A stretch of 64,000 nucleotides of DNA from Candidatus Bathyarchaeota archaeon (GCA_963815095.1 CAWFFH010000003.1:1408001-1472000), one strand, 5' to 3'. Shown: positions 1 through 10,307, counted from the stretch's first letter. Numbers and translations are program-made. The notes: generated from the sequence alone by a model not told the origin.

Positions 1-1
1 G

Positions 2-130
2 TTTAAACATCCTTACCTTGGCAAAGTTATGGTTTGCTTACCTGTATCTACAGTTGAATCCGTCACGGATAAGGTAGTTTTGAACAAAACCATCGAGGAA
101 TTGCGCACTCTCAGGCAATGCCGAGAATAA
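2..130 (+). CDS. C-terminal end of a probable PRC-barrel domain protein (partial, window edge)
   Basis: Frame 2 reads FKHPYLGKVMVCLPVSTVESVTDKVVLNKTIEELRTLRQCRE*, which resembles a PRC-barrel C-terminus. A T-rich tract follows. Confidence 0.5.
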   Translation, partial: FKHPYLGKVMVCLPVSTVESVTDKVVLNKTIEELRTLRQCRE

Positions 131-383
131 TTTTTTCTTTTTTATTGTTTTAATTTTTATCTCGCCATCTAAGGTGCAACGAAAGGGCGGCACCGAATAA
201 TGTTACTAAGGCAATTTCTGATGAGACATAAACAACAGCTTTTTTGGGTAAATCGCGACTTGTTTTTCCATTAAAAACAGGGAAAAATCCATCAAGGTTT
301 GGCTGAAACTTTATTAGTGGATATGGGCTTTTCTGAATCTAGCACTTGTGTGCTATCTAAATTAACTGTCAAGGTTAAACCAT

Positions 384-944
384 ATGACTGAGGCAGCAAC
401 TCCTACCCAAAATAGGGAACAGCCCATAAAAGCTTCCGAGTTAGACCCAAAGTTCAAGTATGAACTGGTCAAAATACATGGAAGCGAAAAAATTCTAAAA
501 TGTTTCCAGTGCGGAACATGCACCTCAGACTGCCCAGTAGCAAGATTCAGCGATTCTTACAGACCACGCACCCTAATTCATATGGCACAATTGGGTTTAA
601 AAGACCGCGTTTTAAACAGCGACACACTTTGGCTCTGCGCAGCATGCTTCACCTGCACTGACCGATGCCCACAAGACGTCGAAGTCGCAGCAGTCATTCG
701 TGTCTTCCGCAATTTAGCAGCAGAAAAAGGCTGTTTCCCACAAGTCTTCAAAGACCAAGCTCAAAGCCTACTTGAGACAGGCTACGCCTTCAAAATTCCT
801 GAACTTCGAGTAAAAAAACGTGAATCCCAAGGACTCCCACCACTTCCCAAAGGTAACCCCGAAAAAGTCTGCAAAACCCTCAAGGGCGTAAAATTCTTCG
901 AGAAAATCCAAAAACCCGCAGGAGATAAACCAAGTGGGCAATAA
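384..944 (+). CDS. hdrC: Heterodisulfide reductase subunit C
   Basis: Two 4Fe-4S motifs (CFQCGTCTSDCP, CAACFTCTDRCP). Directly upstream of hdrB. Confidence 0.92.
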   Translation: MTEAATPTQNREQPIKASELDPKFKYELVKIHGSEKILKCFQCGTCTSDCPVARFSDSYRPRTLIHMAQLGLKDRVLNSDTLWLCAACFTCTDRCPQDVEVAAVIRVFRNLAAEKGCFPQVFKDQAQSLLETGYAFKIPELRVKKRESQGLPPLPKGNPEKVCKTLKGVKFFEKIQKPAGDKPSGQ

Positions 945-1827
945 ATATCTAATTTTCCTTGGATGCGCTATTCCATACCGTGTTTCATCTTATGAGATTT
1001 CTGCACGCAAAATCTTAGCTAAGCTCGATATTGAGCTTGTTGAGATGCCTGAGTTTAATTGTTGTGGTTTGCCCTTGGATCCAGTGAGTCATGAAACGAT
1101 GCTTATTTTGGCGGCGAAAAATTTGGCTTTAGCTGAACAGCAAGGGCTAAACATCTTAACATTGTGTCCGGGTTGCGCTGGGACGTTAAAGAAAGTTAAC
1201 AAAATTCTCAAAGCTGATAAAGTCCAGAGAGAGGAAATTAACTCCCATCTCAAAGAGGTTGGGTTGGAATTCAAGGGAACCATCGAAACTAAACACCTGC
1301 TCCAGCTCCTCAAGGAAGATGTTGGCTTAGAAAAAATTAAAGCTTCAGTTGTAAAACCACTTACAAACCTTAAAGTTGCCGAACACAACGGTTGCCACAT
1401 TCTAAGGCCCAAAGAATACATCGAATTTGACGACCCCGAAGACCCCCAAACCCTAAAAGCTCTCATCGAAGCCACAGGAGCCACTTGCCTCGATTACATC
1501 GACGAAACCGAATGCTGCGGTGCACCGAGCGTGGGAGTTAGCGACAAAGTCGCGTTGGCATTGGCAAGAGACAAACTAAACCACATAAAACAAGTAGAAG
1601 CCCAAGCCTTAATCACAATTTGTCCCTTCTGCCACATAATGTATGATACAAACGAGTTGCGTATAGAAAAAATGTTTAATGAGGCCTATGGTATTCCAAT
1701 CCTCCATTATCCTCAATTGTTGGGGTTAGCTATGGGCATGTGTCCTGAAGAGTTAGCCTTCAACGAACTTCGAGTAAATGCATCAAATCTATTAAAACAA
1801 ATAAGCCAAGGTGCAAACAAACCATGA
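934..1827 (+). CDS. hdrB: Heterodisulfide reductase subunit B
   Basis: Two CCG domains (FLGC..NCCG..CPGC; HNGC..ECCG..CPFC). GTG start overlaps hdrC. Confidence 0.93.
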   Translation: MGNKYLIFLGCAIPYRVSSYEISARKILAKLDIELVEMPEFNCCGLPLDPVSHETMLILAAKNLALAEQQGLNILTLCPGCAGTLKKVNKILKADKVQREEINSHLKEVGLEFKGTIETKHLLQLLKEDVGLEKIKASVVKPLTNLKVAEHNGCHILRPKEYIEFDDPEDPQTLKALIEATGATCLDYIDETECCGAPSVGVSDKVALALARDKLNHIKQVEAQALITICPFCHIMYDTNELRIEKMFNEAYGIPILHYPQLLGLAMGMCPEELAFNELRVNASNLLKQISQGANKP

Positions 1828-2813
1828 GTCAAAACAAACTAAAAATAGCCTTTTACTGGGCTGCAAGCTGTGGCGGCTGCGAAATAGCTGTCTTAGACTT
1901 AAATGAAAAAATCCTCGACGTAGTGAAACTCGCTGACATTGTTTTCTGGCCAGTTGCCATCGACGTCAAATATAAAGACGTGGAAGCTCTTCCAGACAAA
2001 CACATTGACATAACCTTTTTCAATGGTTCCATCCGCAACAGCGAACAGGAACATATGGCAAAAGTGCTCAGAGCAAAATCCAAAACTTTAGTTGCTTTTG
2101 GCTCATGTGCTCACGAAGGATGCGTTCCAGGCTTAGCAAACCTCAACGACAAAAAAGAAATTTTTGAACAAGTCTACATAAAAGACAAATCAAACGTTAA
2201 CCCACAATCAACTATACCAAAAACTCAGTCACAGGTCAAAGAAGGCACTCTCAAAATCCCAGAATTCTACGACACCGTAAAAACACTCGCCCAAACCGTC
2301 GACGTAGACTATTACCTCCCAGGTTGCCCACCCCCAGTCAAACTAATCGCTGGCGCAGTCGATGCAATTGCGAGTGGCAAGCTACCACCCAAAGGTTCCG
2401 TACTCGCCCCACTCAAAGCGGTATGTGATGAATGCCCCCGAAAACGTGACAACAAAAAGATCGACAAAATCTACCGCGTTTATGAGAAAGTTCCCGAACC
2501 AGAAAAATGCCTGATGGAACAAGGCATAATTTGCATGGGTATGGCAACAAGGAGCGGTTGTGGGGCACAATGTCTCAAAGTTGATATGCCCTGTACTGGT
2601 TGCGGTGGAAAAGCGCCAAATGTGCCCGAGCAAGGTGCAGCTATGATAACTGCGTTAGCTTCGATTCTTGGATACGATGGCGTTGAAGGCAAAACAAAGT
2701 ACACAGAAAAAGAGATTGAAGAATTAATGAATCAAGTCAAAGACCCTGTTGGCACAGTATACATGTACAGTCTTCCAACATCAATTTTAAAACGTAAGGT
2801 GATTAAGAAATGA
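1824..2813 (+). CDS. mvhG: F420-non-reducing [NiFe] hydrogenase small subunit (group 3c)
   Basis: SCGGC, FGSCA, PGCPP, VCDECPR, CMGMATRSGCGAQC and PCTGC motifs. ATGA overlaps with the neighbouring genes. Confidence 0.92.
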   Translation: MSQNKLKIAFYWAASCGGCEIAVLDLNEKILDVVKLADIVFWPVAIDVKYKDVEALPDKHIDITFFNGSIRNSEQEHMAKVLRAKSKTLVAFGSCAHEGCVPGLANLNDKKEIFEQVYIKDKSNVNPQSTIPKTQSQVKEGTLKIPEFYDTVKTLAQTVDVDYYLPGCPPPVKLIAGAVDAIASGKLPPKGSVLAPLKAVCDECPRKRDNKKIDKIYRVYEKVPEPEKCLMEQGIICMGMATRSGCGAQCLKVDMPCTGCGGKAPNVPEQGAAMITALASILGYDGVEGKTKYTEKEIEELMNQVKDPVGTVYMYSLPTSILKRKVIKK

Positions 2814-4261
2814 AAGAAATAGTAATAGACCCAATCACTCGCCTTGAAGGACACGGAAACGTATCCATATTCCTAAACGACCAAGGCGAAGTAGCAAACG
2901 CATACCTCAAGATTCCTGAACTGCGTGGCTTTGAGAAATTCTGCATTGGCAGAAGAGCCGAACTCATGCCGCAGTTAACCACCAGAATCTGCGGTGTTTG
3001 CCCCGTTGCCCACCATTTTGCGGCGGTGAAAGCTTTAGACCAAGCCTTCAACGTTGAAGTGCCGTCAGCAGCAGCGAAACTGCGCGAACTCATGTACAAC
3101 GCCTACTTCATCTACGACCACACCCTACACTTCTACTATCTCGGCGGACCAGACTTCATCGTTGGACCCGACGCACCAGCAGAAAAACGCAACATCCTAG
3201 GCGTCATCGAAAAAGTTGGCATGCCCATAGCTTCCGAAGTCATAAAACACCGTGCATACGGACAGAAAATAACTGAAATCATCGGCGGAAAAGCAACCCA
3301 CCCGGTCTGCGGTTTACCTGGAGGAATTTCCAAGCCACTTAGCGAAGAGAACAGACAAGAAATCGAGAAAATGGCTGCTTCCTGCGTAGACTTCGCAAAG
3401 TTCACAATAAAAATCTTCCACGACATAGTCTTAGGTAACCCCAAATACGTTGACATGATAACAAGCGAAGCCTACACGATGCCAACATACTACATGGGCA
3501 CGGTTGATAAAAACAACAAAGTTAACTTCTACGACGGCAAAATCCGCGTTGTAGATCCAACCGGCAGAGAATTCCTCAAGTTCGAATCAAAAGACTACCT
3601 CAAACACATCGGTGAACACGTTGAAGAATGGACATACAGCAAGTTCCCATACCTCAAAGCAATTGGCTGGAAAGGACAAGTTGCAGGCGCAGACAGTGGC
3701 GTATATCGCGTTGGTCCACTTGCAAGATTAAACGCATCAGACGGGATGGCAACACCTCTTGCACAAGCAGAATACGAAGTAATGTACAAGACATTGGGCA
3801 AAAAACCAATCCACAACACACTCGCTTTCCACTGGGCAAGAGTAATTGAACTGCTATACGCAACCGAACGTGCAATGGAACTGGTTAAAGACAAAGAAAT
3901 CACGAGCACAAACATACGAAACAAACCAGGCGAACCCGGCGAAGGTGTAGGTGTCACTGAAGCAGCACGCGGAACCCTAATTCACCACTACACACTCGAC
4001 AAAGACGCACTCGTCAAAGACGTAAACCTCATCGTTGCAACAACCAACAATTACCCAGCAATATGCATGAGCATACGCGATGCAGCAAAAGGCTTAATCC
4101 ACGGCGGCAAAGTCGACCAAGGCATCTTAAACAAAGTTGAAATGGCATTCAGAGCTTACGACCCATGCTTTGGCTGCGCAACACACGCAGTCGGGCAAAT
4201 GCCACTAACTGTTGAAGTTTTCAACGCCCAAAAACAATTAGTTTCCTCTGTTAGCCGTTAA
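2810..4261 (+). CDS. mvhA: F420-non-reducing [NiFe] hydrogenase large subunit
   Basis: TRLEGHG, L1 RICGVC, L2 DPCFGCATH plus a cleavable C-terminal extension. Cys rather than Sec at L2. Confidence 0.95.
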   Translation: MKEIVIDPITRLEGHGNVSIFLNDQGEVANAYLKIPELRGFEKFCIGRRAELMPQLTTRICGVCPVAHHFAAVKALDQAFNVEVPSAAAKLRELMYNAYFIYDHTLHFYYLGGPDFIVGPDAPAEKRNILGVIEKVGMPIASEVIKHRAYGQKITEIIGGKATHPVCGLPGGISKPLSEENRQEIEKMAASCVDFAKFTIKIFHDIVLGNPKYVDMITSEAYTMPTYYMGTVDKNNKVNFYDGKIRVVDPTGREFLKFESKDYLKHIGEHVEEWTYSKFPYLKAIGWKGQVAGADSGVYRVGPLARLNASDGMATPLAQAEYEVMYKTLGKKPIHNTLAFHWARVIELLYATERAMELVKDKEITSTNIRNKPGEPGEGVGVTEAARGTLIHHYTLDKDALVKDVNLIVATTNNYPAICMSIRDAAKGLIHGGKVDQGILNKVEMAFRAYDPCFGCATHAVGQMPLTVEVFNAQKQLVSSVSR

Positions 4262-4360
4262 GTTAGCCCTTTTTCTCCGGGCAACTCTCAATTTTTCATT
4301 TTTGTTTTTTTAATTCTAAAGTAAATCTTATATTCCATTGCGGTTGAATACACACATGTT

Positions 4361-4846
4361 GTGGGATCACATTTGAAAAGTTTAGTAGTTTATTACACAA
4401 GGGGCGGTAACACTCGTTTCGTTGCCCAAACAATCGCTGCAGAAGTAGGGGCAGACGTTGAGGAAGTTGTTGACCTCAAAAAACGAAGCGGCATTCTTGG
4501 CTACTTGAGCGGTGGTAGAGATGCAAGGAATGGCAAAGAAACCGAAATAGCTCCAACTGTAAAATCACCCGTCGGTTATGACCTTATAATCTTTGGAAGT
4601 CCCATTTGGGCTGGAAGACCTGCTCCTGCAATCACCACATATCTTAAGAAGAATGATGTTTCAGGCAAGAAAGTCGCCATTTTCTTTAGTCAAGGGGGGA
4701 AAAAACCGCAAGGTTTTGAACAATTAAAAGCTCTGATGCCAAAATCGGAATATATTGGTGAACTCTCGATAACTCAACCGTTACGCAAAAAAGAAGAATC
4801 TGAAAAACAAATCTTAGCTTGGTGCAAAACCCTCACCTCAACATAG
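4361..4846 (+). CDS. Flavodoxin family protein
   Basis: YYTRGGNT FMN-binding loop and GSPIWAG. Confidence 0.8.
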   Translation: MGSHLKSLVVYYTRGGNTRFVAQTIAAEVGADVEEVVDLKKRSGILGYLSGGRDARNGKETEIAPTVKSPVGYDLIIFGSPIWAGRPAPAITTYLKKNDVSGKKVAIFFSQGGKKPQGFEQLKALMPKSEYIGELSITQPLRKKEESEKQILAWCKTLTST

Positions 4847-4941
4847 AAAACTTTAGGTTATTTTTTTTAGCAAAACCCTAACATTTTAGGGTAAATCTTT
4901 ATGTGCGAACAGATGGTTAGTTATTGTGTAAGCTGATTTAC

Positions 4942-5301
4942 ATGCAACCGCAACCACCTAACCCAGAACATAAAAGAATGAAACGCGAAAAGAAAACCAT
5001 CGGGTACATGGTAGAAATTTACTGCAGAAACCACCACGGCGCTCACGGCGAAATATGCCCCGAGTGCAGACAATTCCAAGAATACGCATTCCTCCGACTT
5101 GACAAATGCCCCTTTCAAGACAAAAAAAGCACCTGCGGCAAATGCGTTATCCACTGCTACAAACCTGATATGAAAGAAAAAGTCAGAACCGTTATGCGTT
5201 ACGCTGGGCCACGAATGCTAATCCATCACCCAACCTCGGCGTTACACCACGCTTGGGATGCCCACCGAAAACCACCAGTGCTTGCAAAGAAAGCAACTTA
5301 G
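4942..5301 (+). CDS. YgbA-like (nitrous oxide-stimulated promoter family) Cys-rich protein
   Basis: REKKTIxxMVEIYC..CPEC..RLDKCP..KSTCGKCVIHCY..MRYAGPRM pattern. ATG at 4942 preferred as start. Confidence 0.8.
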   Translation: MQPQPPNPEHKRMKREKKTIGYMVEIYCRNHHGAHGEICPECRQFQEYAFLRLDKCPFQDKKSTCGKCVIHCYKPDMKEKVRTVMRYAGPRMLIHHPTSALHHAWDAHRKPPVLAKKAT

Positions 5302-5348
5302 CGACAAACTTTTTCAAGCCTCAATCCCTTTTTCAATTGGTGCCCTCA

Positions 5349-5834
5349 ATGATTGGAGACATTAAGGCAGAACTAGAAAAATGGTTTGTTGGCGCAGAAA
5401 AAACTGTAATAGCGGGAATCGGAAATCCCATTCGCCAAGATGACTATGTTGGGCTAAAAATTGTAGAGACCCTGCAGGGCAAGGTCCCAGCAAAGGTTTG
5501 CCTTTTGGAATGCGAGACAGTTCCCGAAAGCTACCTGTTAGATATAGAGCAGTTTAAGCCAACACATGTTCTTTTGATTGATGCTGCATTTTTAGGATTA
5601 AAACCTGGCGCAGCAAGCCTGTTTGAAACTGAAAAAATTGTTGATTATCCCGCAATCACCAGTCATCTGTTGCCTTTGAAGATTTTCTGCGAGTACATTA
5701 AACAAGCTACTGGCGCAAAAATTGGGTTGTTGCTAATTGAACCCAAATCTATGGAGTTTGGTGAAGGCCTAAGTATTGAATTGCAGTCAGCGGCGGATGA
5801 CTTTACAAAGATTTTGCTTTCGCTGCTGGGTTAA
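5349..5834 (+). CDS. hycI: Hydrogenase maturation endopeptidase (HycI-like)
   Basis: GIGNPIRQDDYVG, ETVPE, IDAA and TSHLLP motifs. ATG at 5349 is preceded by GGTG. Lies near mvhA. Confidence 0.85.
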   Translation: MIGDIKAELEKWFVGAEKTVIAGIGNPIRQDDYVGLKIVETLQGKVPAKVCLLECETVPESYLLDIEQFKPTHVLLIDAAFLGLKPGAASLFETEKIVDYPAITSHLLPLKIFCEYIKQATGAKIGLLLIEPKSMEFGEGLSIELQSAADDFTKILLSLLG

Positions 5835-6169
5835 GGTGTTTTCCTCTTGAAAACGCAGTTTAGCCCGAAGTATTCAAGGATTAAGATCAAAAGTTTTAAG
5901 AAGAGTGCCCCCGCCTTTTTTTATTTGAACCTTCCTTTATCAAGGTAATCGTTTAGAGTCAGTTTAAATTCTTTTCAGGAACTCAAAGGAAAGAAAGCAG
6001 GGGTGAATTAGAACCTTATAACCCGTATCACCCGCATTTCCCCTTTTTCACTTCTAAAGGTAGTATGCTCTTTCAGACTTGCCATATTCTAACTTCTACA
6101 TGGGTAGACTATCGCGCCATTTTTATTGGTCTGGTCTCATTGATTTTAGGAAATGAAAGTTAGTGATAT

Positions 6170-6421
6170 TTACGACTGTGGGGTTCGTCCTTTCAGCGTC
6201 TGCTCGTCGATTTCTTGGAATATGATTTCCTTGATAACATGCTCTGGAAGTGTGACCGAAGTACCTTCTAATTCCGATTTCTTGCTTTTTTCTATTGAGT
6301 AACTTGGCTTAAAGGTTACAAATGAACCCTCGAATTCAACCGAATTTGCGATGTAGATTTTTTCGCCAAGCTTTTCATTCGTAAAAATAAAGTACCCCAA
6401 AAAATGCTTCGATTCTGTCAT
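6170..6421 (-). CDS. Hypothetical protein (83 aa)
   Basis: ATG-started ORF with protein-like composition in an otherwise empty interval. Confidence 0.55.
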   Translation of the reverse strand: MTESKHFLGYFIFTNEKLGEKIYIANSVEFEGSFVTFKPSYSIEKSKKSELEGTSVTLPEHVIKEIIFQEIDEQTLKGRTPQS

Positions 6422-6567
6422 TCAATCCCGCTCTACTTTCTATTACAAGCAATCGCTTATTTACAGATTATTATAGTTCGTTTTTGTTGAGGGTTAAGTA
6501 GGAAAGAAAGAGAGAATGAAAGAATATACGTAAAAATACAAGTTAATAAACGTACGTACGTGGGTTT

Positions 6568-6584
6568 GGGATTAAATTTTAATG
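6568..6584. repeat. Palindromic motif GGATTAAATTT(T)AAT, copy 1
   Basis: GGGATTAAATTTTAATG, related to the copies at ~7322 and ~46788. Confidence 0.5.
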
Positions 6585-6772
6585 TACACCACATTTTTAC
6601 GCTTCGCAGCTTAGGTTTTTTCAGTAGTCAGTCTAAAATGTAGCCAAAGCGATTACGCACGCTCAATAGAAAAATAATGTACGTCTAAACGCTAAGACAA
6701 ACAGTTCAGAAGACGAATTGAAAAGCTTAACTGCGTTTTTGCCCATTTAGCTTTTAATAGGTATGGGTTACA

Positions 6773-7276
6773 ATGCAATATGAAAATGTAATATTTCCAG
6801 ATTCAGTAGGCTTTCAATGCACGAATTGTGGAGTTTGTTGCAGAGACCAACCACCAGATATCAATTTGAAAGAACAACAACGGATTGAAGCCAAAGGATT
6901 CGTGAATTTCTTGGAAGACCCTAATGACCCTTCTAACAGGAACATTCGCAGAAAGAAAGACGGAAGCTGTTTCTTCTTAACCGAAGAGAACACTTGTAGG
7001 GTTCACGATGTCAAACCGTCAATATGCATTTTGGAGCCATTTATTATTACAGATTACGATGATAAAACAAATAGGATTTTTGTCGGCTTAAACCCGCTTG
7101 CAGTCATAAACTGCAAAGGTATTTGCACCGGAGAAATGATTGTTCCAGAAGAAATAGGAAAAGCTGCCCAAACCATCGTAAAAGAATTTTTAGAAATAGT
7201 CGCGAAGAAAACAGGACTCCCGGTTACAGATAAGAAAGTTTCTTCATTAACAAGGAAACTATTATTACGCTTTTGA
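6773..7276 (+). CDS. YkgJ/FliB-family CxxCxxCC cysteine-cluster protein
   Basis: FQCTNCGVCC..CFFL..CRVHDVKPSICILEPF. Confidence 0.85.
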   Translation: MQYENVIFPDSVGFQCTNCGVCCRDQPPDINLKEQQRIEAKGFVNFLEDPNDPSNRNIRRKKDGSCFFLTEENTCRVHDVKPSICILEPFIITDYDDKTNRIFVGLNPLAVINCKGICTGEMIVPEEIGKAAQTIVKEFLEIVAKKTGLPVTDKKVSSLTRKLLLRF

Positions 7277-7318
7277 TTACGGTGTACAGTTGTTCGAGTT
7301 CCTCTTTGTTATTAGTTT

Positions 7319-7342
7319 TTTTGGATTAAATTTAATCCTAAA
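7319..7342. repeat. Palindromic motif GGATTAAATTTAATCC, copy 2
   Basis: Perfect 16-bp palindrome at 7323-7338, extendable to 24 bp with one mismatch. Confidence 0.6.
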
Positions 7343-7603
7343 TGCACTGATGAAAGTAGATTGGTGAATTTATGGTTTAATTTTGAAAATCTCCTCAAAT
7401 ATTGCTCATTTTCAATAGACTTATTGCTAGCTTCATTATTGAAATTTCATGGAAAAGAAAATGATAGAATTGCTTTAGTGAACGCACCTTTATGGGTTAA
7501 ACGGTTTCGGCAAAGATTTTTCGCTGATAAATAGCTAATTTTTTTTGGGCTTCTTAAAATATTAATTAGCCAGTTTCAAGTTAGCATTGGTTGTGAAACC
7601 GTT

Positions 7604-8083
7604 ATGGCTGGAAAAGCAGTAATTATCATGGGTTCTGAGCGGGACTTGGATTTCTCCCGTGAAATTGCAAAATACCTTAAACTTTTAGGTGTAAACTATG
7701 AGTTTAGGGTTGCTTCTGCCCATAAGACTCCTGAGAAAGTGCTTGAGGTTATCAAGGAATTCGAGGCAGAAAAAGTCGTTTACGTTACTGTAGCAGGTCG
7801 TTCAAATGCGTTAAGCGCTTTTATCGATGGTAACACCACAAAACCCGTTATCGCTTGTCCACCTTACAGCGAAAAATTCGGAGGCGCAGACATCTACTCT
7901 TCCCTTCGAGTGCCTAGCGGAATAGGCAGCGTTGTAACTATTGAGCCTGAAGGCGCAGCGATTGCGGCAGCAAAAATTTTGGCCCTTGAAGATGCACAAT
8001 TGAATGTTGGTGTGAGAACATATCAAGAAGGTAAACGCAAAGAACTCGACAAAGCCAACGAATCAGTCAAAAAACTAAAATAA
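7604..8083 (+). CDS. purE: N5-CAIR mutase / AIR carboxylase
   Basis: IIMGSERD, ASAHKTP, VAGRSNAL and PVIACPP motifs. Confidence 0.93.
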   Translation: MAGKAVIIMGSERDLDFSREIAKYLKLLGVNYEFRVASAHKTPEKVLEVIKEFEAEKVVYVTVAGRSNALSAFIDGNTTKPVIACPPYSEKFGGADIYSSLRVPSGIGSVVTIEPEGAAIAAAKILALEDAQLNVGVRTYQEGKRKELDKANESVKKLK

Positions 8084-8097
8084 AAAAAAATTGGTTT

Positions 8098-8721
8098 TTA
8101 GGTTGGCGTATTTGGTACGGTATTAAATGTTGAGCCCTGTATCCAAGAGTCAGGGTTTTTATATCTGACTACGGGTGTTGCGTTTCTTAGTCTGTCTGCT
8201 TCTTTAGTTTCAAAAGCATAAATAATTTCTAAGAGGGTTTCTTTATGTGCTTGTTTTTGCGCAGCGAAGTTTTCGAAGATTTTCTTAAAATTTTTCGTGT
8301 TTATTGCAAATTTTGAGAATTCATCAGATAGTACTCGCATCAATGCGGATTCTGAATAATTTGTGTAGATTGAAGTGAGTTGGTCTTCTAAATTGCTTAG
8401 CTCTCTTAGAGATTCGCAAACTGTTTCATAGTCCACATTGTTGATTTTGCGGATTTTTTTGCAAAAATCGGTGACGCTGGTTGTTAGTTCCGCGAATTCT
8501 TTTTTTGGGTTAACATTTTCTGTTTCTGCTATGTCAAAATAGTCTAGCATTGATTGGATTGTTTTTGCACATTTTAGGCTGTCGAAGGCGAGTCCTGTTA
8601 TGAAGCTGCTTTCGGGTTGGTTGATTTTTTTGGATAGTGTTTCGTAAAGTTTGAAGGTTTGGGTTTCTAGGTTAGCGCAATTCGTTAGGTAGATGGTGCT
8701 TTCTTGTAATTTTCCGTTCAT
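8098..8721 (-). CDS. Hypothetical protein, probable ferritin/rubrerythrin-like helical bundle
   Basis: All-helical, with two repeated LExxxxxxY segments. Confidence 0.55.
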   Translation of the reverse strand: MNGKLQESTIYLTNCANLETQTFKLYETLSKKINQPESSFITGLAFDSLKCAKTIQSMLDYFDIAETENVNPKKEFAELTTSVTDFCKKIRKINNVDYETVCESLRELSNLEDQLTSIYTNYSESALMRVLSDEFSKFAINTKNFKKIFENFAAQKQAHKETLLEIIYAFETKEADRLRNATPVVRYKNPDSWIQGSTFNTVPNTPT

Positions 8722-8811
8722 ATATGGTCATATGAACTTTGTATATGGAATATTAATAAACATTATTAAATTTGGGTTTAACTGCTTACATGTTGGGCAA
8801 GAATACAGAAA

Positions 8812-10161
8812 CTATTTTCTCTTGCGCACATTTACAAGAATAGCCCCAAGCAAAACAGCGATGACTGCCAACAATGCAAAAATGCCAATTTCTACCCAGT
8901 TGAAAGGTTGCGTGGTTCCAGGGCCAGATTGTCCCGTTACAGTTGCTGTAGGGTATTGCGTGGATGTTGTTTCAGTGGGTTTAGTTGTTTGGTTTGGAAT
9001 GGGTGAAGTTGGATTGAGGGTTGGGAATTGTGTATTGGGAGGTGTAGCTTGGGTGTTTGGTGAGGTTAGAAAAGGCGTAAAGGTTACTGTACCAAGATTG
9101 AAGTCGTATTTGCTATCATAAATAGAGTTGCTAATTATTGATTGGTCGATTGTTCCCCAATAATTGTTGGATAGTGTTACCCCTGCAGAACTGGCTTGTA
9201 TATTGTATTGTGAATTGTTTTGAATGTTGTTTCCCGTTATTAGTTGTAAAGAAGTTGGTTTGGAAATTCCCATTATGTTGTTAGTGATTGTGTTGTCTTG
9301 AATTGTTGAGTTGCCATCAGCTTTATCTATAAGAATGCCCCAATAATTGTTGGTTACTAAATTCTTTTCAATAATTGTCATGCCAGTTTGGTATCCGCTA
9401 TGTCGGATGCCTGCGCCGCTACCACCCCAAATTACGTTACCACTGATAGTTCCTGAGTCTCCAGCAATGATAACGTCATTTCCCTGTTGGTTTGTTATGT
9501 TATTGCCTGAAAATAAATAAGTACCAACACCAGCTGCAGTGTATTTCCCGCCTGCAATGTTAATTCCGCCAAGAAAAGTGTTGCCTGTCACTGTCGAAGC
9601 GCCTCTTAACAAAACTGCTCCATCAACGAAGCTTTTGTCAATCGTTGTAAAACCGCCAACCGAAATTTCAGAATTACCCTTCAGCGAGCAGCCGATTAGT
9701 GTTACCGTTGCGTTGCTGATGTAGCTATCGCCATTTATCGAGGTTTGGTTTAATATCGCATTTTCAATATTGCAGGTTGGATATTCATAGCCCAAAAAAA
9801 TGTTATTGGGCGAGTTACTTAGCATATTGTAGTTGTTTGGGGGGCCAGCATAACGATTGTTAGAATTGAAGAAAATTTGATCTGCCGCTGAGCCCTGCGC
9901 ATTCAGGGTTCCGTTTACTTCTAAATAGAATGTGCCAATGTCTACTGTTACTCCTGGTTCAATTGTTAAAGTTGCGCCCTTGGCTATGCCTACAGGTCCA
10001 GTGAATATGTAGGGGCTGTTTGCTTTGGTCCAAGTGGTGTTTTGGGTTATTACGCCGTTTTCAGACGTTGAAGCTCGTACCCTGCCAGGAAATGAGCCCT
10101 CGACGAAAAGTAATCCACAAATCAAGATGGATAACAAGATAACGCCCAGGATTCTCTTCAT
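8812..10161 (-). CDS. Secreted right-handed beta-helix surface protein with C-terminal membrane anchor
   Basis: Signal peptide, WTKANSPY..LTIEPGV, Asn-rich repeats, NYWG, Pro/Thr linker, TM helix and RKRK tail. Confidence 0.8.
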   Translation of the reverse strand: MKRILGVILLSILICGLLFVEGSFPGRVRASTSENGVITQNTTWTKANSPYIFTGPVGIAKGATLTIEPGVTVDIGTFYLEVNGTLNAQGSAADQIFFNSNNRYAGPPNNYNMLSNSPNNIFLGYEYPTCNIENAILNQTSINGDSYISNATVTLIGCSLKGNSEISVGGFTTIDKSFVDGAVLLRGASTVTGNTFLGGINIAGGKYTAAGVGTYLFSGNNITNQQGNDVIIAGDSGTISGNVIWGGSGAGIRHSGYQTGMTIIEKNLVTNNYWGILIDKADGNSTIQDNTITNNIMGISKPTSLQLITGNNIQNNSQYNIQASSAGVTLSNNYWGTIDQSIISNSIYDSKYDFNLGTVTFTPFLTSPNTQATPPNTQFPTLNPTSPIPNQTTKPTETTSTQYPTATVTGQSGPGTTQPFNWVEIGIFALLAVIAVLLGAILVNVRKRK

Positions 10162-10307
10162 TGCATAACCCCATTTAGCATGTTAACGAAATAGTTGATT
10201 TAAGGATTTGCGCAAAATGCCCTCGTCAACTGATTTTATTGTTAACTGCGAGATAAAGCGATATAAGCACAAAAACAATAATTACCAAACAATTCGAGGC
10301 AACCAAG

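Noticed and set aside
384-4261. Selenocysteine or pyrrolysine recoding in hdr/mvh
   Set aside because: All metal ligands are Cys codons and there are no internal in-frame TGA/TAG. The terminal TGAs are ATGA overlaps.
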